Source: Podarcis cretensis (lineage: Eukaryota). From it: 64,000 bases of DNA. The stretch lies in assembly GCA_951804945.1 (NCBI GenBank), contig OX638160.1, forward strand, positions 22,568,001 through 22,632,000. Direction: 5' to 3'. Made by a program: the position numbers and the translations under genes. The notes under the pieces were generated by a model. That model did no database searches. It was given only the letters and a program-made list of their open reading frames with translations, and was not told where the DNA came from. Positions 1 to 13,128 of the stretch are shown here, in pieces (within the stretch, counting starts at the first letter, position 1; each line of letters begins with the position of its first letter).

Positions 1-964
1 TGACTGTTTAAAGTGATAGCTGTTATCGTGCTTTAATGGTAAGATGTGACTGTGGCCAAAGTCAGAAGAAGCAGAGAACAGCATTTGGCACTAGCAGAGA
101 CCATTGACACTTTTTGCTTGTCACTTTTTCTTCCTTATAAGACACCAAGGAAGGAAAGTTGAAGACAGAGGTGGTCCTTGGAAGGTTTCCAAACAGGGAA
201 TGTGATCGGTGGGCTGAAAGGGGCTCTCCATCAATGGGTTAAAAGCATGAATTTTATTTAAAAGACTATGAGCAGGTGGGGTAAATCCTAGCTATTTTTT
301 TTCCAGAATAAATAAGTTAAACCTCATTTTCTGAAGCACAAGCTGAGGGCACATTTTTTAATGCTACTACTGGGTGGTTTTTCTGTTTTGTGATTCCCAT
401 TGTGAATTATATTGTCAGTGTAATATTCTTCCCAGTGTATTATTTTGTTTTAAATTGTATGTATTTTCTGCTCTGGGACGTTTGGGTATGATGTGAGTGG
501 AGTGGGAAGTACAAGAGCTACAAAGAAATAAACCTGGCATGAAGGTGTTCATCTGCAGAGTGGAGGATTTTGAAAGCCCAGCAGTCTGGAACCAAGAAAT
601 CTCAAGGAAAACTCTTGCCTTTTAAGCCCCCCGCCCACCCCACAAAGTAAGGCCTGCCATCAAAACCCTTAAGGTTCTATCTCACATAGAGCCCAGATAG
701 GTCTCCATGGAAACAAGGTTGTGTGTTTCGTTTCCTGGTTAGCACCTAGGAGCTTTGCAACTCCCTTCCAGCAGACATTCCTTCGGCTTCCCCTTTTCAT
801 GGCATTCTGAAAAGCAGGAAATCTAGAGATATAAGAGACCCTGCCAGTTTGCTCTGAAATTTAATTGGGCTTTTCAAGTGTTCTGGTTAAGAATGCCTCA
901 AGGGTTTTCAGGCACTTAAACATAGGAACATATTGGGGAGGAACATATTGGGGAAATAATGTAT

Positions 965-992
965 ATCAATCAATCAATCAATCAATCAATCA
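965..992. repeat. (ATCA)n microsatellite
   Basis: atcaatcaatcaatcaatcaatcaatca. Confidence 0.95.
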
Positions 993-1200
993 TTTCATTT
1001 TATTTATATGTTGCCTTTCCAGACCCTCCAAGTATCCCTATTTTCCATGGTCAGGCCTGGATTTACAGAAGCCATTTCAGTTTCTGATTTGAGCCTGGTA
1101 TGCCCAGTTTTTCCTTAGGATGTCCCTATTTACATCAGAGAAATGTCGGAGGGTATGAAGTTATGCAACCCTCAAGCCAAGGGGATAAGCAACTATACAA

Positions 1201-1358
1201 CCTTTAGAAGACATGTGAAGGCAGTCCTGTATAGGGAAGGTATTTTTAAAATGTTTAATGTTTGCCTTTATATATGTTGGAAACCGCCCAGAGTGGCTGG
1301 GACAACTCAGTAAGATGGGCAGGGTATAAATATAACAATAACAACAATAATAATAATA
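1201..1358 (+). mobile_element. L2-type LINE 3' end fragment with (AAC/AAT) tail
   Basis: Similar to the 3' end of the L2 copy at 30664-31266 (gaaggcagccctg...gcccagagtggctgggg...gggtataaa) followed by aataacaacaataataata. Confidence 0.7.
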
Positions 1359-2530
1359 GAATAGGACATTCCTATTGCCGTTGGGAAAATGTTGGAGGGT
1401 ATGCTTTCCAAAGTTAAAATCATACAAAGAAAAGTAGTCACAGACAATAAAGAAAACATCAAAAAGTACACAGCCAAATAGAACAATTTCCACATAACTG
1501 TAAGATACAAAATAAAGATACAAAAAATTAACAGCAACAACCTCCCCCCCCCCCAAACAAAAGCTCCAGCTCAAGATTATATAGAAACCATTATACTGGG
1601 TTTTAGACAAGAGTATTTTCTTTTTTTTCTGGGAGTACGCAGGGGTATGCATACCCCTACCCATTTTGTGAATTAAGTTTGGCCTCATTGAGGGGCAGTA
1701 CTTCAATATGAGTAGGAAAATGAGAGTACCCCTAAAAAAAGTTTTGAGAAAAAACACACTGCCTAGGCCTATTTCAAGATGCCAGGGATCTTGAATGAAA
1801 AGTGTGCACTCACTGAATGCTGCAGCCATGCATTTATTAATTTCCTTATTTCTTTGATAAAATTAATCCCTCTCTTTCCCTGCTTGTTGCTGTCACACCC
1901 CAGCATGCCCCCGTCAAAGGCCTTACACTGAGGAAAAAGAAAGGATTTTCTTCTAGACAGGGGAAGCCTTGTGAGGCCTCTCTTCAGATGTAAATATAAA
2001 TAATGCACAGAGTTGCCTGGTTCGCATGTCACAATAAACCACGGTATAGCTTACTATGACTAAGTGAACCTGCTGGGTGCTGCAGAGGAGCTCACATTTG
2101 CTTTGCCCCTCCCTTTGCAGGGCAGTAGATAAGCCAATGTTTGTGTTAGGGTATCGTCCGAACCAAAAATCATGGTGAATGCCTCTCCTTAATTTCAGTC
2201 CGTAGCTGTGGCTTGTCCTGCTGTTACAGATTGTGGTGGTGAAGCAGAAAGACATCAACCACAATCCTGAGTTTGGATGGCATGCTAAGTCAAGCTTTGG
2301 AGCAGCTGCCACACTATGCTCACCTAAATAGTCTGGAGAGGAGCAAAAAAGCTGTGATCTCCCCTTGGGAGCCCAGTGTTTTCACATTAAACCATGGTTT
2401 GGATCACTGTGACGTGTGTGTGCATCCCATATGAATTCCTGACAAAGATCTTAGGGTTTTTTAGGTGTGGTGTGGGGGAACCCTGGCTTGGTATGGATCC
2501 CATTTGGAGACCGGTGCTGCCTGCTGCTAT

Positions 2531-2577
<47 letters not shown>
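2531..2577. repeat. (AAC)n microsatellite
   Basis: About 15 perfect AAC units. Confidence 0.97.
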
Positions 2578-3041
2578 ATTGTATTTAAAGTGCATTACAT
2601 TTCTTGTGATCCAGGATTATTCAGCTGAACTTGGATGGGCTAAAGTGGTTTCTGAATCACAACCTCAGCCATGAACAACGCTGAAAATTTCACTTCTGAG
2701 GAATACACTCTTAATTTAATTTGTATTAGTTCCAGCACTGGGCACAATGACACGATTTCAGAAGGCTCTCTCTCTCTCTCACTCACTCACTCACTCTCCC
2801 CAAACACATTGCTGAAGATGAATCTGAAGTTATTTTTAGTTTGCTTTTCTAATCACTGAGGAATTCTGCCTTCAGGTAAGCAAGGCTCAAAGCACATTTT
2901 GCTTTCAAGTGAGCCAGAAGACATCTTTGTGCTACCAGAACATGGCTTGTCACAGATTGTTGAAAGAGTATTTCACATGGGCTGCTAATTTGAAAGGAGG
3001 CTTGCTAATATTACGAAGTCATTCCATCTAGTTAATCAAGC

Positions 3042-3042
<1 letters not shown>

Positions 3043-3071
<29 letters not shown>
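3043..3071. repeat. (TG)n microsatellite
   Basis: Perfect TG run. Confidence 0.97.
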
Positions 3072-3075
<4 letters not shown>

Positions 3076-5832
3076 ACAGAGCAGTTAAGGGTTCAGCGGA
3101 ACAAAAGCAGTGCAGAAAACCGACATCTCTCTTTGTGCCTTTTGAGATACCTGATAAATAAATAAAGTCAAGTTTAAAATGGATGGATCATATTTGCCTA
3201 CAAATTAGAGGCTGCTTTGAATTTCTGAAAGCTTTTACCTAAATTATACCCATTCAGGATGGCTAGGTTTTGTGCTGCGAAACACTAACTATAATTGCAT
3301 TGTAGCAGTTCTGCTATAGGGCATGCTGGGAGTCATATGCGTGTACAATTAATCTCCTTTTCAGCTGGGATTTTTTACAAAGACAAAGCTGCAGATACTC
3401 TCCATCTTAAGCCACAGCCTTTGGTGTCTCTCACGTAAAGTAATGCCTTCTAAATGGTAGCAATGTCAGAGTCTAACAGGCACTGGGGTCAAGAGTGAGT
3501 TGGAAAGATAGACCAAGATGTGCCAGGTGCGAAGTTCCATAAGCAGCCACCAATGATCAGGGAGTGAGAGGTAAATATAGAGTTACTCAAGACTGGCAGA
3601 ATGTCAAGTCCCATCAACAGCAGTTTGGGCAAAGTATCTGAAACGCAGCCCAGCAGGATACCCTAACAAGATAAGTTACTCAGGCTGAGCAAAGCCTGTC
3701 ATTACAGTAGGAGTTGAGAAGCTTTTATTCAGCCTGAGGGCCAAATTCTGTTGTGCCCAAAAGTCACAAGCCAAACACTCTTGGATTACAGTTCCTGCCG
3801 CCTCCTACCACTGGCCATGTTGGCTGGGGATGATGGTAGCTGGAGCCCAACAAAAGTTGGAGGTCAAAGGTCCCCCAATCCTGCTGCGAGATTTTGTACA
3901 CAAAATCACAAATCATGAAGAATTATGCCTATGTTGTGGGGGGGGGGGAGTGAATGCAGTCTCACCCCGTTATATTTGTGATCTCTTTTGCAGCAAGTAC
4001 GAGCTGTCAGTGTTTGGGAAGTCACCAGGGGAACAGGCACGGTCTATGGATAGAATGATTTCGCCATCTCTTCTGGAATAATAGCCAATGCAAATATGTA
4101 AGTGTATGCAACTAACCCATAAAGCCAGATAACTCAAAGCAGCCATTTCTTTTGCACAAGGGGGAAAAAGTCATCCTATATTTGGCTGGCGAAATTGACA
4201 ACAGGAAGAGCAGTAAGAAGAAAATGATGAAGAATAACATGCTGCAAAAATGCAAGCAGAGTTTGTCTTCTCCCTGTGTCAAAATGAGAATGTTTACAAG
4301 TTCCTTAGCATTCTTAAGTGGTACTGCTCCCACATTATCAATGCCGCACCCACTAAGCCCACATCTGCCTATTTTTACGTGCAGCATTTAGGACCCCATT
4401 TATAGCATGAAAACAGTGGATCTACTTCATTCTTGGGTGGGGAAGCCGAGAAGATCCATTATAATTTGGGAAATGCTCAAAACAGGACAAGGTCATTTCT
4501 GTCACCTCTCCAGGTCAACACTGGCCATTAAACAAGCATCAAAACCCCAGTAATGCCATGTAACATTATGCAACATGGTGCACTTGATATCATTTCAACA
4601 TGCCATTTTCTGGTTACTAAAAAAGGCACACAAGACTCTTTATGGTATTCATAGCAAGCATTAAAGAGGCAATACTGTTCCAAAGTGGCTTTGGAACAAA
4701 AGCAAAGCCCTTTCCATTTGCAAGTGCTGGAAAAGTCTACTGCCAGAACAAAAGCTTTTGAAACTTGAACAGTTTCTTCTTTGCTTTGCTTGTATTCATT
4801 TATTGCATTATTAAAAATAAAGCCATAGGAATGCACTCTACAAAGTAAGCATTTTCCTTAAAGGCAAAAAATAAAAAAAGGAAGTACAGATTAATTTTCT
4901 GCTGTTATTCTGATATAACACTCAAGCTGCAATTTCATACTTTGAAACACTGCAAACAAACAAACTCCAAAACATCCCTGTTGAGTAGGATTTGAACTTA
5001 GAAAGTGTGGCTTCAAAGTCCAAAAAAAAAAAAAAAAAGCCACAATATGCCCCTAGATGAAGTTATTCAATATCTATAAAATGGGAATAATATTGGGTTG
5101 GATCAGCAATCCTGCAGACTCTTAACTGTCCCACTGAACTGAGTATATAGGATTGGGTTGTAAACCAGTTGTAAGCCAGTTGAAATAAGCTCCCGCTGAA
5201 AATGTTTGGACTTCAGAATTCATGAATGACTTGTCACAATGATTTCAGTGGGACCTCACTGCAAATATAGTAGCCTGGATCCAACCTGATCTTGTATTCT
5301 GATTATAGTAAATGAGATGAGCGCATTAGCGCTGGATAAGAAACTTCTTTCTCATGTTAAGAAAGAAGACTCAGGAGAAGGCATTACAGGATTGGTACAG
5401 GGCAGAGACCCCACTGAGACAGAACTCCTTGGCTCCTAAGGGGGAAAGATATTTTCAAACACATGTCCCACTTGGGGTTGGAAGGTCACAGCCTTCAGGT
5501 GTTATACTACACCTGTTCACACCTGCCTGTCTTCTATCAAAAGTCCTCTATCAAAGATCATGATAATTCTTCATCAGCAAATAAATTGTCCGTAAAGGTA
5601 CATCAAATGGCCATGGATCAGCAATGACTTAAAAGCTTACTACAATCATTGAAACAGTTCATTATCCTGGAAGAACTGTTCTGTCTGCTGCTGTGCTCGG
5701 AGTACCCTATTGCTACATTCAGAGCACCTATCATCACATCTGTAGGATACTGACTGTGGAAAGGCATTTTATCTCCATCTCAGTGATCTTAGATAGTGAC
5801 TCACTACCCCTAACATTCCTGTTCTTGGAACA

Positions 5833-5940
5833 TTTATTTAATTCCTATTATTTGTGACTCCATGCACAAATTATATGTCTCCAGTTTATTTAATTCCTAT
5901 TATTTGTGACTCCATGCACAAATTATATGTCTTCAGTTTA
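5833..5940. repeat. Tandem duplication, 52-bp unit x2
   Basis: tttatttaattcctattatttgtgactccatgcacaaattatatgtct(c/t)cag at 5833 and 5885, one mismatch. Confidence 0.93.
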
Positions 5941-8193
5941 TGAATTTTGTAACAATATAATGTTATAAATATTTTGTCAGTATATTATTAGCCGACGTAT
6001 TGCTTGTTGTTGTTCAGAGCTTTCTATTTTGCAACACAAGGGGATTTTCTTTGTTGTATGTCTTGGTCCTCTGGCAGGACTTCTGTTTGAACATACACAC
6101 ATATTGTATGCATGCTTTCCTGCCCATAACAAGAGAATGCTCCTCTGTCACAGTTCTGCTCCAGACTGTTCTGTTCGACACTTGAAACTCTCCCCCAGCC
6201 GCAACCTTCACTGGACCTGATTCACACCCCAAGTAGTTCTGACTGCCTGCAGTGTCACTCTGAAAATGCCTCTTGGCAGCTTGGATAAAAGAGAAAGAGA
6301 GATGTGTAGAATGTACCCAGGTGTACAAAGGGAGTGGGATACATTAATTGCCCAGCTCACTTTTGCCTCTGGCCCACCCACTGCTAGGATGTGGCTTCAA
6401 AAGGTTGTCCAGAAGGAAATGTGGTCCTCCGGCAGAGAAAGGTTTCCCTTTAGCTTAGTAAAACTAAGCTAAAATATGTGCAATGCATGTAATCACACAT
6501 TTTTCTCCTGCCTCCATTCCCCCCACCATTATATACATAAGAACATAAAGGCCGAAACCCAGAGATACATGCATGGATTTGCAAAGGAGTGGCCAAAGGT
6601 TCCCTTTTTATGATCCTTGGGAGAGCACTCCAGAGAGCACCTGACCTGTTGCTGGAAGGGGACTCTGAAAAGCTATTGTGTACGCAAAGTATACCACACG
6701 CAGCACTTGGGAGGCAGGCCACAGACCTATGGCAAGCAATGTTCTCATGTTTTGTTTTTGTCACCAGTTTCCATCCATAATGCTGCCTTAGAACAGCTCT
6801 TTGGAGATTTGTGAAAGCAAGTCCCGATTTCAGCAGATCTGCACTACTGCTTTATTTAAGGCATATTGTTATCTGTTAACAAGAAACCAATTTCATGCTT
6901 CCCAGGTTTATTGACTACTGCAGTACCCTGGACAACCGCAGGCAGGGACTCTCCTTGTTGAAGAACTAGCAAACTATTCCACCTGGTCCATGTAGCCAGC
7001 AGCACAATATGTAAAATTAAAAAAAGAGGAAGAACAAAACAACAATATTGACAAAAACACTTGAAACTTTTGATGCAATTCTATCCTGAAATGGTTTTAT
7101 CTATGTTTAACTAGAGAAGTAAAACCAAGTTCAAATTGTAACTCAATACCCTGACTTGTTTTTCTAAACCACCCTCCTGCAATCTCCAGATGCTTTGGAC
7201 TACAACTCCAATCAGCCTGATCAGCTGTACTCCAAAACGCATGTAGGGCACCACGTTGGGGAAGGCTGCTTTAGTAATTGTGAATGAATAAGATAGCCAG
7301 TGGCACTTTCCACCTCTGAACGATGCGATTAAAATCAATCCCAGCTGTTAGATTTCAATCCTTAATTATATATCAGCAATGGAAGAGAAAGCAATCAGCA
7401 GTTGCAGCTACACTGTAATATCTATATTCTGCACTTGATTTATGGTTTCCAGCCAACATTTTTCCTCTTGAAAACTGTAGAGCAAATTTATTCTTCCTGT
7501 ACTGTTGTCTATGCGAAACACTGGTTCCATCACACTTTGATACTGCAAAAGTTATTCTTTATCTGTTGGATTTATACGCTTCAGGTGAGTTATTTTTCCT
7601 CTTCGAAAATGGAAAGGAACCAGAGAAGTGTGGTGGCAATTTAAAAGAGTCTGAAAGCCAAGAACACATTATTGGTCCCATCAGCATGTCCTGACTCATC
7701 TCTTACATTTGGGAGCTCAACCCATGTTAGCAGTAATACAGGTCAACAGAGAGTTTCCGAAATAAGAAGGGTGGGGAAATTAAGGGTACATGCTGTGGCT
7801 CCTCTCCTCTTTCTTGTCATTTCATTGTGCATCATGTTCTTGTGCAGTTTGGGGTGTAAATATAGACATTAAGAGGAGGCGGGAAGTCCCAAAGTGCAGA
7901 CAGAACTGAACTGCTTAAAAATGCAAGGTTTTTTTGCATTTCTGTATTAGAACAGTGGAAATTCTGTGACAAATCTGTGAAAGCTCATTTGCACCTGAAA
8001 GTCGCAACTTGATGTTCCTATAAGGATGTTAGAGGAGCTTTATTTCTGTAAATTCTTATGTCAACAGACTCAAGGCATGCCTCCCAGACAAATGTGTGGA
8101 TCAGAATGCCATTATCTTTTGCATTTCACACGTTTGCGAATTCTATGTTTAAAATGTGTATTTCAGTATAAGCTACACTTAGAAGTGCATATA

Positions 8194-8567
8194 AAGGTAA
8201 AGGTAAAGGTAAAGGACCCCTGGCAGTTAAGTCCAGTTGCGAACGATTCTGTGGTTACGGCGCTCATCTCACTTTACTGGCCGAGGGAGCCGATGTTTGT
8301 CTGCAGACAGTTTTTCTGGGTCATGTGGCCAGCATGACTAAGCCGCTTCTGGCGAAACCAGAGCAGCACACGGAAACGCCGTTTACCTTCCCGCCGGAGC
8401 GGTACCTATTTATCTACTTGCACTTTGACATGCTTTCAAACTGCTAGGTTGGCAGGAGCTGGGACAGAGCAACAGGAACTCACTCCGTCACGAGGATTTG
8501 AACCACGACCTTCCGATTGACAAGCCCTAGGCTCTGTGGTTTAGACCACACTGCCACCCGCGTCCCT
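8194..8567 (-). mobile_element. Sauria SINE, full length
   Basis: tRNA-like head GGGACGCGGGTGGC at 8566, (ACCTTT)n tail, 11-bp TSD aagtgcatata (8183-8193 / 8568-8578). Confidence 0.92.
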
Positions 8568-8956
8568 AAGTGCATATACAGATATGTAAACATGCACTGT
8601 GATTAAATGCTTATTTAAATTTGAAATCTCATCCAGCTTAAAACAAAACAAAACCCACTCACACATGAGAAATTGACATGGAGCAAAAACAGACTGATTC
8701 ACTCACCTCTCTGCTGCAGTCAATGAGTAATGGACATTTGTTTGTGAATGAGCTACTGCAGATTTAGCACAGGCAAACTCTGTTCTCTTTTAAAAGACTG
8801 ATATCCTGCCTTTTAATTGAATGATCCACAAGGCAGTTTAAAATAGATTGCAGTAAAATAGATTGCAGGTCTTGACCATGATGCCATGTTTCACCTTTCC
8901 AAAGCATTTGTTACTTCTCCATTAATTTTTATTTGTTTACTGGTAAATACACCTGC

Positions 8957-9322
8957 GGGACGCAGGTGGCGCTGTGGGTTAAAGCCTCAGCGCCTAGGGC
9001 TTGCCGATCGAAAGGTCGGCGGTTCGAATCCCTGCGGCAGGGTGTGCTCCCGCTGCCCGGTCCCAGCGCCTGCCAACCTAGTAGTTCGAAAGCACCTCCG
9101 GGTGCAAGTAGATAAATAGGGACCGCTTACCAGCGGGAAGGTAAACGCCGTTTCCGTGTGCGGCTCTGGCTCTGGCCAGAGCAGCAATGTCACGCTGGCC
9201 ACGTGACCCGGAAGTGTCTCCGGACAGCACTGGCCCCTGGCCTCTTAAGTGAGATGGGCGCACAACCCCAGAGTCTGTCAAGACTGGCCCGTACGGGCAG
9301 GGGTACCTTTACCTTTACCTTT
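8957..9322 (+). mobile_element. Sauria SINE, full length
   Basis: Head gggacgcaggtggcgctgtgg, B-box GGTTCGAATCC at 9021-9031, (ACCTTT)n tail, imperfect TSD tacacctgc / tacaccctgc. Confidence 0.93.
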
Positions 9323-9727
9323 TACACCCTGCCCATCAGCAGAGTTACCAGTAAGCCAGAAAACCGAGTAAGCACATTTCTAATACATATTTTTTTAGGT
9401 GTGACGTGCACAGCGTTTTGCAAACCCAAGTACTTAGCAGTATCCGATGGCCTCTGCTGTACCTCAATTTCAGATTTTATTACAATTGCTGCTGTTTTAA
9501 AATGCTTTATTGCATTTGTTTTAAGTATCTGCTTGGACTCTTGGGAAACAATTTTTTTCTAATTAAAATGAATAAAAGAAGCATTTCAACAAACCCATAT
9601 ACGAGAATGACAAACAGAACTACGCCAGAGATTGGGGACCGGTCACCAGGAGGCATATAAGCCATTCAGCTAAGGTTCTACACAGGACAAAACTTCAGAT
9701 GGGGTTCAGTTCAGCAGAACCTCCTAA

Positions 9728-9836
9728 GAACATAAGAAATAACCCATCCAGTCCAGAATCCTGTTCCCACAGTGGACAACTGGATCTCACAAGCAGGACC
9801 CGGGCGCAACAGGATTCTCTCCACTTGCAATTCCTA
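9728..9836 (-). mobile_element. CR1-type LINE 3' end remnant
   Basis: aagaacataagaa...ccatccagtccagaatcctgttcccacagtgg, reverse complement of a CR1-like tail; similar to 45650-45810. Confidence 0.5.
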
Positions 9837-11261
9837 GTAGTAGTAGTAATATTTACACCTGTTAGTTGTTGTTTTAACAAAAGTAAGTTACAAAATAGTA
9901 CAAAGGTTAAAACCAGTATGAAACCAAAGCAGAAAGTAAACCTAAGAACGTATAAAAGGAAGTTCTAACACATCTCATCCACTGAAAGAGGCCACAAATA
10001 TCTCAACCCCTCCAAATTAAGGGCCAAAAGCCTGGGTTAAAATAAATATTTTTGTCTGGCACCTAACGGCAGATAGTGATGGTGCCTGGTGTTTCTGGGG
10101 AGAGCATTCTATGAGCAAGGAGCCAGCACTAAAAAGGCCCGTTATTGTATCAGCGCCCTCTGCACTTCCTTAAGAGAGGACACAAGAAAAAGTGCTTCAG
10201 TTGCCAAATGCAGAGTCTGGGTTGGTTTATAATAGTAATAATCAACCAGACATCTATTGGAGATGTTTTATATACAGGATATATATCAGAACTTAGGAGT
10301 AGAAGTTAAATACGATCAGCCATTATTGGGCCCTTTGCCATGGTTCTTTGTATCTGGGTATGTTTGATGTATTTGTGTTGTCGTGTACTTGCCACATTAA
10401 AGGAAACCACTTCATAGCCTCAGAAAGTATATAAGTACATCAACAGCGCAAAGCAAGGCTCAATCTCAAATCCACGTCAAGTGGTTGCTTAACACACCAC
10501 ACTGTGCCCTTTTGCAATGCAGAAGAAATTACAATACGGGCAGGACCTGGAATCCGCTAAAAGAGAAAATGTAAAGTAAGTGAAAACACATAAATAACTC
10601 ACCCATTTGGAATTCTGCTTTTAAAAATGTTGAATGGCATCAGACGCAACCAAGCTAAACTGCCTATAAAATGTATAAATGAGGCTCTCTTCTCTACCAG
10701 AGCTCACAAAGAAGCCTTAAAACCTCAACAAAGAAAAACCATTCCTGCTTCTGGTCTTGGAATTTCAGACGCAAGATTTTAACCCATCTTATTCCTCACG
10801 ATTGTGGTTGGAAAATACTGCACTTCCCCCTCTCAAATTTACTTTATATTTCTTGGCAAAAACATTTAGCCAGCACTGAAGATGCCCTTATATGAGGAGA
10901 TGCTGTGCTACCATATATTTTAGAGCAGAGGAAGGTATTAGTTTGATGTCAAAACATGGCCAAATCATAGTTTAGTACAATGAGAACAAGCCACATAAAG
11001 AGCCTCAGGCTCTTCTGCTGTCCTCTCTCCTTTGGGACGGTTGTGGAGCAGAGACTAGTTGCCTTTGTTTCTGATTTCAGTTGATAACTTCCAAGACTAA
11101 ATTGTGGGTAATCTTAACTACAGTTTTTTGAAACAAGCTGTCTCCATAACTGATGGTAAGAAGCTGGATTGTTTCAGTGCTTGAAGAATTAGATTCCTAT
11201 GAATTCCAGTGTAACCTGCCCAGGTCCTCACTGCCCAGACTAATGTATAGATTAGAATGTA

Positions 11262-11624
11262 AAGGTAAAGGTAAAGGTACCCCTGCCCGTACGGGCCAGT
11301 CTTGACAGACTCTGGGGTTGTGCGCCCATCTCACTTAAGAGGCCAGGGGCCAGCGCTGTCCGGAGACACTTCCGGGTCACGTGGCCAGCGTGACATCGCT
11401 GCTCTGGCGAGCCAGAGCCGCACACGGAAACGCCGTTTACCTTCCCGCCGGTAAGCGGTCCCTATTTATCTACTTGCACCCGGAGGTGCTTTCGAACTGC
11501 TAGGTTGGCAGGCGCTGGGACCGAGCAGCGGGAGCGCACCCCGCCGCAGGGATTCGAACCGCCGACCTTTCGATCGGCAAGCCCTAGGCGCTGAGGCTTT
11601 AACCCACAGCGCCACCTGCGTCCC
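11262..11624 (-). mobile_element. Sauria SINE, full length, young
   Basis: Intact head and B-box, CpGs retained, (ACCTTT)n tail, perfect 15-bp TSD atagattagaatgta (11247-11261 / 11625-11639). Confidence 0.95.
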
Positions 11625-11836
11625 ATAGATTAGAATGTACCTATCCTTTATCGTTACAAAACATTCATTTTCCAATTTCCACCCTCCCTGTTGACTAGTC
11701 TCAGCTTCCATTTCTGGTTTATTACATCAAATGATACAGTCTATTGTTTGTATATAATATAATACTATGTTATCATATTGTTACGTGAAAAGAAAATCAA
11801 TAAAAAAATATTTTTTTAAAAAAAGAAAATAATGTA

Positions 11837-12086
11837 CTGTATTTTTTGCTCTATAAGACTCACTTTTTCCCTCCTAAAAAGTAAAGGGAAATGTGTGTGC
11901 GTCTTATGGAGTGAATGCAGGCTGCGCAGCTATCCCTACAGAAAGAGGGATTGCTGTGCAGTGAAAGCAGGAATCCCTCTTGCTGTTCTGGCTTCTGAGA
12001 TTCAGAATATTTTTTTTCTTGTTTTCCTCCTCCAAAAACTAGGTGTATCTTGTGGTCTGGTGCATCTTATAGAAGGAAAAATACGG
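11837..12086. mobile_element. Non-autonomous Tc1/mariner(pogo)-type MITE, CCGTATTTTT-terminus family, short form
   Basis: Termini ctgtatttttt...aaaaatacgg; subterminal sequence shared with 14880-15761 and 58900-59341; TA on the left flank. Confidence 0.8.
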
Positions 12087-12823
12087 AACTTATGCTTTAG
12101 ATTTCACATTTCCGCCCCCCCCCCTGCAACATACATAACTCTCAGCTCAAAAAAAAAACCCAAATCAAACGCATACAGTCACTGTCTCTGAATACAGAGG
12201 TTCCACTTAACCATCAGTGCTACCAGCTATCAATAAGCCTGTTCTCCATGAATTTGCCTTATACCTTTGTTAGAGCCATCCTGTTGCATCCAAGATGCTG
12301 CATGCTCGCTTTTTTACCTGAGCATATGCAGCAAAAGACAATTCTCAGTTTATATCTCCAGGTTAAGAGAAGAGGGATCTGCTGAGAGTGCCTTGGTCAA
12401 GGGCCCCGGAAATCCAAGAGTAAGCACTGCTTCGTAGTGACAGTCAAAGTACAGGATGTCTCTCTCCCGCCCTTCAAACTTCTTTCATTGATTTTTAACA
12501 AAACATAAAAATCAAATTATATGGGATATCTCTTCAAGTTCCTTTGGTTCAGACCCATAGCTGTACCTGCAGAAGGTCCCAGATTCAGCCCCTAGAAGTT
12601 GCAGGGAGGGGCAGGTAAAACTCTTGTCTGAAGGCCTGCAGAGCTGCTGATAGTCCATGTAGACTGGGGATGGAGAATTTGTGGCTTTCCAGGGGAATCT
12701 GTGACCCTTCCAGCCAACACGGCCAATGGGCAAGGATGATGTGATTAGGTATCCAAGAAGATCTGGAGAGCTACTATTTGCCCATCCCCTGATTAGCAGT
12801 GCTAAGCTACATGGGACAATAGT

Positions 12824-13128
12824 TGGCGCGTGCCTGCAACCTGAGACTTCTCCTGTACGGAAGTCACTGCTGCTGCTCTTCGCATATCAAGTTCTAGGAG
12901 ACAGCAGGGTACCGGAAGGTATACTAACCTGTCTCTCACCAGAATAGCCTCTTTTTCTTCCACCTTCCTCCTTCTTGGACTGCCTTGACTCTTCCTCCTC
13001 CTGCTGCCCTTGGTCTTGCCTTGTGGGTGGCGCCAAACCCCATACATCAATGGTCCCCTCTCTTGGGTCATCCCCCTTAGTCCCCTGCCTCTGCCCCACA
13101 CTCTTCAGAGCCCTGCCTGAGCCTGACA
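12824..13128 (-). mobile_element. Truncated LTR-like element related in structure to the 44353-44783 solo LTR, nested in an old SINE
   Basis: Ends ...gagcctgaca (TGTCAGG on minus); CT-rich plus strand; host SINE tail ataaggcagcttcctatg resumes at 13129; left terminus and TSD not found. Confidence 0.45.

Noticed and set aside
1161-1829. Longest ORF in the track (222 aa)
   Set aside because: Low-complexity F/Y/L-rich translation across an L2 tail and other repeats; no recognisable domain.
8957-9035. tRNA-like sequence with A and B boxes
   Set aside because: It is the SINE head, continuing into SINE body and tail; not a tRNA gene.
8933-9562. Recurrent similar ORFs (also 11466, 15714, 34564, 52652)
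   Set aside because: Translations of non-coding Sauria SINE copies.
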